A DNA stretch of 64,000 nucleotides from Camelus dromedarius (Eukaryota). The stretch is from positions 52,144,001 to 52,208,000 of the forward strand of contig NC_087436.1 of assembly GCF_036321535.1 (NCBI RefSeq), written 5' to 3'. This document shows, one piece after another, positions 54,560-64,000 of this stretch. How positions within the stretch are numbered: the stretch's first letter is position 1; every line of letters starts with the position of its first letter. The notes under the pieces were generated by a model, which made no database searches, was not told the DNA's origin, and saw nothing but the letters and a program-made list of their open reading frames with translations. The position numbers and the translations under genes were made by a program.

Positions 54560-57500
54560 CTAGAAAGAGGAAATCAATCAACCAATCAATCAATCAATTG
54601 AAACAGACACAGAACTGACACAGATATTAGAATTAGCAGACAAGGGCATTAAAACAGTAACAACTGTGTTCCAAATAGAGTGAGTCGAGCACTCGCACAT
54701 CCCTGAGGGTTAATGCCTTCTTAAAACTTGTGACCCAGACATAGCTCATGTCTCACCCTGGTCCTGGTCCTGGTCCTGATTCCAGATGTTCAAAATTAAA
54801 TCAAGACACAGAAGATGTTAACAAAAGACTCAAAGCTCTGCTAATGGAAACTACAATCTGTGAGTTGAAAAACTATGCTGACTGGGATTAAGGGCAGATT
54901 ACATATTGCAGAAGAAAAGATTCGCTGCATTAAGTCCTAATGATAGGAACTACCCCAAATAAAATAATTTGAAAAAGAAAATGGAAAGAGAATCTGTGAA
55001 CTGTGGGATAACTCTAGAGGCTCAATATATCTTCAGTTGAGTCTACAGAGGAAAGGGAGAGAGGAGTGGAGGAGACAAAAAATAATTGAAGAATAATGGT
55101 TCAAAAACTTCTAAATTTGATAGAAATTATAAACCTATATATGCAAGAAGCTTAATACAAAACACAAAAATCATAAATAAAAGAACATCAAAATAATCAA
55201 ATTGCTCATAACTAATCATTAAGAGAAAAATCTTAAAAGCAGCCAGAGAAACATTATGCACAGAAAAAAATAAATAATGAATATCTCATAAGAATCAACA
55301 CAGGCAAGAAGATAGTGGAAGGATGTTTTTAAGAAGTACTGAAATTTAAAAAAGAAAGAAAACTTCATCCCTAGAATCCTTTATTCAGCAAATATATCCT
55401 TCAGAAAAGCAGAAAAAAAAACCTTCCTGACCATACAAAGGCTGACAGAATCCATCACATGCCAAGAAATATTAAAGGAAGTCCTTTGGGCAGAAGGAAA
55501 ATGATACCAGATGAAAATCTGGGTCTACATTAAGGAATGAAGAGCCCCAGAAATACTAATTATCACAAACTAGAAATGATCTGAGCTTTTACTCTATTTG
55601 CAAGTTAATTAGTTAGCCTTCCACTGTTTCCTGGGTGCTGGCAAAAGATACAAGACTCCTGGGTCAGAGGCAAAGAACTTTGTTACTCATAACACAGCAA
55701 GTGTTCTTGCCAGGTCTCCATGCCATCCAAGGCCCGTGTGGTAAAGCAGGTTGACCTAGATGTGTGATGCACATGGTTCCTCGTAAGTAAAAAACACTGA
55801 ATGTAGTAAAATACAATTTTTAATAGGCAGCAAGCAAATCTGTCCAAACTTTGTCCAGGAGGAAATCATTACCTTCAGGATAAAAGATAGCAAAAACTCA
55901 TGCCCTCTGTACCAGAGGGAGACACTATTTTAGTTTTATCGAAGGCTGTTCATTACATAAACATCCTTGGAAAGATAGTCTGGAAAAAGCTTTTAGTGCC
56001 TTTGCTCACAAGATGTTCAGAAATAGGGGAAACTCATTAAGAATTGTCTCATAATAGTAACTATATGAACAAATGTACAGTTTTTTCTAATTAATACATT
56101 GTCTATGAGATCATGGACTGTTTAAATAAAAATAATAATAATGTAGTGATGGGTCTAAAATACATGTAAAATGTAAGATAACAATAGCCCAAAGCTCAGA
56201 AGAAAAGATACGAAAATATACGGTTAGATCCTTATACTGTACATGGAGTATTTTAATGGCACTTAAGGCAGACTGGGATAAGGTAAAACAAGCATGGCGT
56301 GAACCCTAAAGCAACCACTAAAATCACAAAGCAAACACTGTAGCTAATAAGCCAACGAATGAGATAAAATAAAATCATAAAAAATTCAATTAATCCAAAA
56401 TGAGGCAAAAAAAAAAAAAAAAAGAGAGAGAGAGAGAGAAAGAACAAAAAGCAGATGGGAAAAATAGAAAGCACGTAGTAAAATGATAGATTCAAGCCTA
56501 ATAATTTAATCACAGAAAATGTAAATTAAGTACTCCAATTAAAAGTCAGAGATTAGATTTTAAAAAACAAGACACAATTATAAGCTGTATATAAGGCACA
56601 CTCTTCAAATACAGAGACACAAATGAATTAAAAATTAAAAAAAACTAAAAGACTAGAAAAGGACATACTATGCTAATACTCATCACATGAAAGCTGGAGG
56701 AGCTATATTAACACCAGAAAAAATATATTTCAGAGCAAAAAATATTTCCAGGGATGAGAAGATTATTTCACAATAACAAAAACTCAATTCTTCAAAAGCT
56801 CATAACAATCTTAAATGTTGATACACTAATAATAAAGCTTACAAATAGATGAACTGCAAGGAAGACAAGACAGATTAGCAATGATCTCAAAGATGTCAAT
56901 AGCTCTCTCAATATTGATAGAACTATCAGTAAGGTGTAAAAACGTGAACAGCACTATCAACAAACTTGGCCTAAGTGACATTTATGGAACATTCCACTCC
57001 ACAAGAGCAGAATACACTTTCTCATTTATCAAGACAGATTGTATTCTGAAGCATGAAACAAATCTCAATAAAATGAAAAATATTCAAGTCATACAGAGTA
57101 TGATTTCTGGCCCCAATGGAATTAAATTAGAAATTAATTTTTTAAAATCTTTGGAAAATCCCCAAATGTTTAGAAAGTAAATAATGTACTTCTACATAAT
57201 CCATGAGTCAATGGAAGCAAAAGGGGGGTTGAGGGCACTAAACACCCAAAAAAGGTCTCAAGTGAATGACCTCAACTTCCACCTTAAGAAATCAAAAACA
57301 AAAGAGAAAATAAACTCTAAGTAAGTAGATTAAAGGATATAATAAATAAGTGAAAATAAGCAAAATAGAAAACAGATAAAGTATTTATATAAAAATCAAT
57401 GAAATGAAAAACTGATTCTTTAAAATGCATAAAATTAGTAAGCCTGTAGACAGACTAATATGGAAAAATAGGAGGAAGACAAAAGATACTAGGAATGAGA

Positions 57501-58225
57501 GGAGTGACATCTCCACAGATTCTAAAGATATTAAAAGGATAAGGAAATTTTGTGAACAACTTTATGGCAATAAGTTCTTCAACTGGGATGAAATAGACAA
57601 ATTCTTTGAAAGGTGCAAATAACTAAAGCTCACTTAAGAAGAAATAATCCTCACAGTCCTATACTTATCTTAAAAATTGAAGTTTTAGTTAAAACCTTAC
57701 CACAAAGACAACTTCAAGTTTCAGGTGCCTTCTCTGCTGAATTCTACCAGATATTTAAAGACTAACTAATACCAATTATATACAAACTCCTCCAGAAACC
57801 TGAAGGTTAGTAAATACTTCCCAGTCCATTCTACAAGGCAAGCATTACCCAGATACCAAAACCAAACACATTACAAGAACAGAAAACTAACACTACCTGA
57901 TTTCAAGACCTACCATAAAGCTGCGGCGATCAAAACAACATGGTATTGGTGTAAACACAACCAATCAATGAAACAAAAGAGCGGGTACTCAAATAGACCC
58001 ACACAGATGGATACATGGACAAGTGATTTTCTCAAAGGTACAATGGCAGTTCAGTGGTAGAAGACAGTGTTTAGCAAATTATCCTAGCACAACAGATATC
58101 CACATATAAAAAAGTGAATATGATCTGTACCTTGCAACAAACACATGCACACTTAAAATGGACCATAGACTTAAATATCTATATCTAAAGCTCTGAAATG
58201 TCTAGACAAAATATAGGAGAAATCA
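54560..58225 (+). mobile_element. Old degraded L1 (ORF1 remnant, inter-ORF, ORF2 endonuclease and later fragments) with deletions
   Basis: A-rich + strand; ORFs 56881..57180 and 57425..57622 keep ORF2-like peptides (LSDIYGTFHSTRAEYTF, HETNLNKMKNIQVIQSMISGPNGIKLEIN, EQLYGNKFFNWDEIDKFFE); many stops and frameshifts. Confidence 0.9.
55561..56055 (-). mobile_element. ERV-type solo LTR nested in the L1
   Basis: ~495-bp non-A-rich block interrupting the L1 near the ORF1 end; LTR-like gcaagttaattagttagcc...agactcctgggtcagaggcaaagaactttgttactc; ends decayed, family not certain. Confidence 0.6.
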
Positions 58226-59249
58226 CTCTCTTATTAGCACTCCTGAAGTGCGCTGGCTTTTCCTCATCCCTGTGATGCTGCTTGTCAATCTAGAGGTGAA
58301 GGTGACATATCACATTCCTCTGCATTTACTTGATTACTACTAAAATTTACTTTTTTCCAAATATTTAAAAGAACGTTATTGCTGTTTTCAAATACAGAGT
58401 GGAATTTGCCTAATACTAACTGGCTTTGGTTATTAAATTTCTGGGCAGGGTGATTCCCCAAAGACTGTATTCTGAAGTACTTGGCAATGATGTGTAGAAG
58501 TTAGGAAAGAAAAAAAAAAAAACAACCAGAAGGAGGGACGACTGACAATGAGTTGGGACAATGTATAAATGCAGTAAGTTGAGTGGATTTTTAAACCATT
58601 GTGAAAATGCATTGATGTGTTAAAGAACCTTGCCTAATAGAAGAGGGAAAACACAAATAGAATGATCCTGTTTTCTTGATTCTCCTCTAGTCTTGTTGAC
58701 TCCCTGAACCTCATTCCTATTTCATATTTGACCAACAGAAAATGCACTGCTCAATCCCTGTGTACAGAGAGCTTCCTTTACCTCCCCTCTGGTGCTTTCA
58801 CAATGGTGCTAAAATATTTTTGAAAATCACTGAAGAAATAACAAGTGCAGCTGGGCTGTGGCATGGAGCCAGCTGGAAAACTTCATCTCCTCATGGGTTT
58901 TGCCAGCCATTCCTGGCAGAGGGCATCGCCGTCTGCTCAGCTCCCCTGGAGAGCTTCAAACACAGTTTGCAGAGGAGCTGTTGGGGCTCTGGGAACAGAG
59001 GAATCATCCCCTTTAAGAAGACCACTTGCAGGTCTGGGGTTTAAGATTTGGAACACGATAGAAATGGAGTTCAAGGTGTCTAGAGTGTGCCCTGGGAGGA
59101 CACCTCAGGGTCAGTTAGGGAATGTGTTGAGGGTAAATACCAGACAGGGAGCTAAGTAAAGAAAAACTAAGGCGAAGAAGGAAATGGAAGGTCTACTTTT
59201 GAGTTATACGTATTCTAACCACCCTTCTCTTTAATTTGCCTTTTTCTTC

Positions 59250-61900
59250 AAAGAAAATTTTATAATGGAGCATTTCAAATAGATACAAATAAAGAGAGAA
59301 TAGTTTCTTAAGGTAACTCTCACGCATCTTAAACAAAGACCAGCTGTGCTTTAGGAAACCTGAACTTCTCAAAATTCAAGAAGCTTAAGAGTCAATTTGA
59401 ATGTTAAAATTCATTTTTACTGTATTTTATACTTATTTTAAACTATATTTTAAACTATTTTTATACATTTGTATCTATTTTTAACATGTATTTTTTATAG
59501 TTTATGCTTGGGCCTGAGAGTCTACATTTCTAATAAATTCCTAGATGATGCAGATTCTGTGGCCAATGGATTACTCTTAGAGTCACTGAGTTCTATACCC
59601 TTAACTACCTTTACCCTCTAGATATCACATCATTTCTCCCTAGATATTTCAGCAAGTATCCCTAAAATAGGAGCTCATTTTTATAACATAGCCACGATGT
59701 CATTATTCTGCTTTCAAACTGAATGATTCCTCAATAACTTTAAATGTTCAGTTATCAAACTCAGAGTTTGTTGGAGTCAGGATGGAAATAAGTTTCATAC
59801 ATTGCAATTGATTGATTTTTCTTAAGTCTCTTTTAATCCATTGATATTCTTTCCCTCTCTCTCCCCACTTTCCCATCTTTTTATATTTCTTTGCAAGTTT
59901 TTGGAAGAAATTGCAGAATTTGTCCTGCAGAGTTTCCAACAGTATGAATTTTGTTAATTGCATGGTTTTCATTAACTTATTCCTTTTTTCCTTGTGTTTC
60001 CTGTAAAATGGTAGTTAGCTGTAGAGGTTAATTTGGGGAATGGGGGTGTGGGAAGTGAGGCAGGTAAGACTATTTCATGGATGGTGTTTGAGGTAAGCAA
60101 ATGTCTGAGTCTCTTCGGTTTGGTAATGTTAGCAGATATTGTTCATTGCCAAGAGTCGTTCATTAATTAGGGATTATAAATGGTGATGGCCTGTCATTCT
60201 TTCATCATTTATTATCTGGCATAGATTTAGAAAAAGAAGCTTTCCCTATCAACTCTGTTTCCCTTGACTTTTTTTATATAGAAATAACAAGATAAATGCT
60301 TGATCCTTTCCCCTTCTTCACCAGTTTTCAAAATAGAAATTTGATCACCTCATAGATGACTAACAAAATTGTATGTGTGTATGTTATGAACACATAGATT
60401 TAATTATAGTTAATACACTTCACTACATTGCAGTTATTATTCTTATTGATCCTCAAAAAGTTTTGCTCAAAATCTCCTCAAACTGACCCCCATACAGTGC
60501 TATGCTGGCAAACAGGCTCTCAAATAAAAAAGAAAAAGATGTAATATGTAGTATTTGCCAATTTCTTTGGTGTAAATTCTCCCAACGTGGCTAATCTCAG
60601 GCTACCAATGTTTTAACAACAGGGTCAGAAAATTCTGGATACTTAGCAATCAGCTCTCATGAGCCTGTATGTCCTGGGTCTGGTCCATCATTGCACCTAA
60701 GACCTGTCCAGACAACCACTGAAGCCTTTGAGGGCGTCCTTGCTGTCTTGTATGACAAGATATTCCAGACTTGTCCAGTACATTTCCTGCCCCAGGCCAG
60801 GAATGGGCCTTTTCTCTAAGCTGCCCTGTTTTCCTTTAGCAGATTTTGAGAATGCAGGCAACATGGGTATACATTGCTTTGGGATAGGCACCTATTTCTA
60901 GACCTATTCAGTACATGTGGCTAGGAAATTTGCTTCTTTTCAAAAGATAACCTATTCATAAGTTTCTACTGACAATTTTCATTTACATTCAGGACTACAG
61001 TGTTTTTACTTAACTTTATCTTTCATCTGCTTCTCTTTTCTCCCACAGAGAAAATTCCAGTTCCCAATGAACCAATGTAATCACTCGCTTGATTTATTCC
61101 ACAATTCATGTGCAAAAATCTTAGAATAACAATACCAATACAATCTCCAACAATGTGGTTACTGAAAACATTTTCATATTTATTAATTTTGTTTCCTGTA
61201 ATTCTCTTTGTCTTATGACATATCCCGTTAGGAACTTAAAATCAATTTACTCTTTTGTAAAGTTGATTGAAATAGTTCCTTCCATGCAGTTATGCTAGTA
61301 ACTTGATAAATGCCTAAGTTCCCAAGTTTGTTCATTTCAATGTTGCTTTGGTTTTTAGGCCTTTTTTAAAATTTAGTTTTGTATTAGAATTATGCAAAAA
61401 TTTCAAAGTTAAATTTACAAAGCAAGGGATATCCAAAGAAATCTATGACTAGCCCTGCTCTTCCACCCTACTTCCTCCCTCCCCTACAGATGGTATTTTT
61501 AATAAAATTGGGTTTTGGTTTATTTTTCCATTTAAAAAATATGAATATGTATATATTCATATTCATTCCTTTCTTATGTCAGCCACATTATGCTCATTTT
61601 TTTCTCCATTTTTTTTCACCTTCTGTATTGTAGAGATCAATTCATTGCATTACATGGAGATACTGCTCATGCCTTGTTTACAGCTTTATAGTACTCCATC
61701 ACATGGACAAACCATGGTTTATTCAACCAGTGCCTTAGTGATGAACTTTCACATTCGTTTCAGTCTTTTACTATTTAGATATGCTATGCTTGTGTTTTTG
61801 CTAGCATATCTTGGAGATAGATTCTTTGAAGCAGCTTTGCTCTGTGAAAAAAATGCATACATACTTTTGCTAAATATTTTTTCTTGATTATTGACCACTT
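59250..61900 (-). mobile_element. Ancient L1 (L1MC/ME-type) 3' fragments
   Basis: T-rich + strand with antisense L1 3'UTR-like blocks (cagagtttccaacagtatgaattttgttaattgcat; tatagtactccatcacatggac); interrupted by DNA transposon pieces. Confidence 0.6.
60495..60693. mobile_element. Second MER63-like element
   Basis: CAGTGctatgctggcaaa...gtagtatttgccaatttctttggtgtaaattctccc...CATTG; shares core sequence with 28223-28425. Confidence 0.68.
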
Positions 61901-64000
61901 TTAAATACAAAAGGCAGAAAACAATAGAAATCTTGAAGCTCAAGTTCATCACCAATTCTTTTTTTTTGAGTTTGGTCATTTATTGATGCCACACAAGGAC
62001 AGGCTATGGTTATAATCTGGTTTTAAATATTGAGGTATCCACTGAGGTGCCTACCCCTCAAGTGGGTTGAGCCTGGCAAAGCAGCACAGAGATGCAGGGA
62101 GGGCAATGGATTAGGCATGGCCATCATACAGCTGCTCTGGAGGACAGTGATAGGTGGAATTGTGCTGATTTCTGAGTCTCAATTCAGTCTCCCTGACTTC
62201 AATAAACTCTTGGTAAGAAATCTTCCCTATGTTTATTTTTCATGACCACTCCACTCTCTTTTCTAGGCGCATCAAATGTCTTCAAGAATTTTTCATGTGA
62301 CTCAACTTATTTTAAAGATAATGTTATAATACAAAAATACCAACTTTATAAAATTTTAGAATTGCAATGTATTGAAAATATTTTCCTTCATTAAAAAGGG
62401 GGAACAGGGATATTAGACAAAATAATCAAGATTAAAGACAATATCAGTGTCAGAGGCAGGATTAGAATCTAGGCCTCTTTCTCTAGGTTCAACGCTCTTT
62501 ATCTGCATCTGAGATTCTCAAGCTGGTGTGCCAGAGGACACGAGATTCCATAGAAAAAATATGGTGGATCTTCTTAAAACTTGATTCTGAGAAGTAATTT
62601 AATTCCATGGTAAGTCAACTTCATTCCATAGTATGTAACACAAAATATTTTTTTATTTAAACAGACATACATTGGAGGAGAATACAAATATAATCATGTG
62701 GCATTTTTAATGATCAAATCTAGAATACTGAAAACCTTTCCATCTTGCAGCGTACCATGTAGCACGTGGCATCCCTGGACCTCCAGGGTACCAGCTTATT
62801 CTCTGCCTGAGAGCACATTATCCATCCCTGAGCTGCTTTTCCCCGGAGCTGATGGGGGTCATTTCTACCAGTCTAGCAGTCAGCATTTCCACATCCTACT
62901 GAATTGGGCTGGGCATATGAATGAGGAGGAGAAAGAAAATCAGGAAGCCGCTGGTCAGTTGGGTCCCTGGAGATCCTTCGGCCTCCCTTTGATCCACATT
63001 TAGGTAAAAGATAAAGGGAGGAGCATCCTTATTCAAGACAGTCTGAGACGTCTTAGACCCTTCTCTGCGGCCTATCATGTAAAGGCTACCACAAAATAGG
63101 AAGGAGTTGGGGTGAGTAGGAGTTGCTATTAAAAAAAACAACTTTTTATCTCACTGTATTCAAGAGGAATAAATAGTCTGCTGTCACGTAACTATCTGAA
63201 GATAGAACATCACATTCTAAACAAAGACTAATTATGAAGAAAAGTTGCTTATGGCTTAGCACCATGGTGCAGTCTGAATGCTTTTTAATCCTCTGAGGAA
63301 CCATTAGGTCATTTCCTCAGAGGAATCACGGGGGTTAATCTCTGAAATCAATGCAGAAAATGAAAACAAAATATGGAAACAGCTACCATTGTAAATCCCT
63401 TGAATCAACCTATAGCGTGGATAGAGTTCTATGCACACAGCCCTGCACAGTGATTTCTTTGCATGTAGAGAATTTGAATGGAGGCAGCAACAAAAGGAAG
63501 AGCCGTGTGCAGATGTCTGAGCATTCAATTCGTTTTGTTTTGAAGTTATCTATCCCTAGGAGTTAATAATAGATGAAAAGAAAATTCTAAAGATCTCTTG
63601 CTTCCAGGGTTTATACCTTTCTGCCTCAACAGTAAGTCAACCTTTAATATCAAGGCTCATATTTTGATGGTACAAAGAGGTAAGCAAAGACCAGTTATTA
63701 CAAAGTCTATTATGATTGGTCGGGCTGGTGTGTGGTTATTGCATTTGTTAAATATATGGTGGTAAGAACCCAATGAGATGCAGGAGTTGGACCTTACCAT
63801 ATACAACAAATTGGGCATTTCAAGTTCTAGGACACAGGAAATGGACTTCATATGTTCCAGCCCTATTTTTCCTCTGATAAAGTATCTTTGCATATCTTGG
63901 TCATCTTTTTAAGTTACTATGACCCAAACTGTATACCAAATGGGAAAAAATGTGACTAAATCAAATTAATTGAGCTGGCTCTGCCAATAAAGCCCTAGGA

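Noticed and set aside
56881..57622. ORFs with L1 ORF2 similarity as a functional gene
   Set aside because: Short interrupted fragments of a dead L1.

Overview
Mammalian genomic DNA, probably camelid because it carries a vic-1-type tRNA-derived SINE. The + strand holds the 3' part of PPP3CA (calcineurin A alpha). Six coding exons (9-14 in human numbering) have canonical AG/GT ends and compatible phases. They splice into 611 nt encoding the last 203 residues: end of the phosphatase domain, CnB-binding helix, calmodulin-binding segment, a 30-nt microexon and the autoinhibitory domain. A ~2.4 kb 3' UTR with several poly(A) signals follows, then ~17 kb of repeat-rich intergenic DNA. Almost all ORF-track entries are spurious. 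The most unusual structure is a 528-bp, ~97%-identical inverted duplication (11528-12055 / 13234-13761) inside the intron after exon 9, which could fold the pre-mRNA into a long dsRNA stem. Repeat family names come from recalled consensus sequences, and old-repeat boundaries are approximate.
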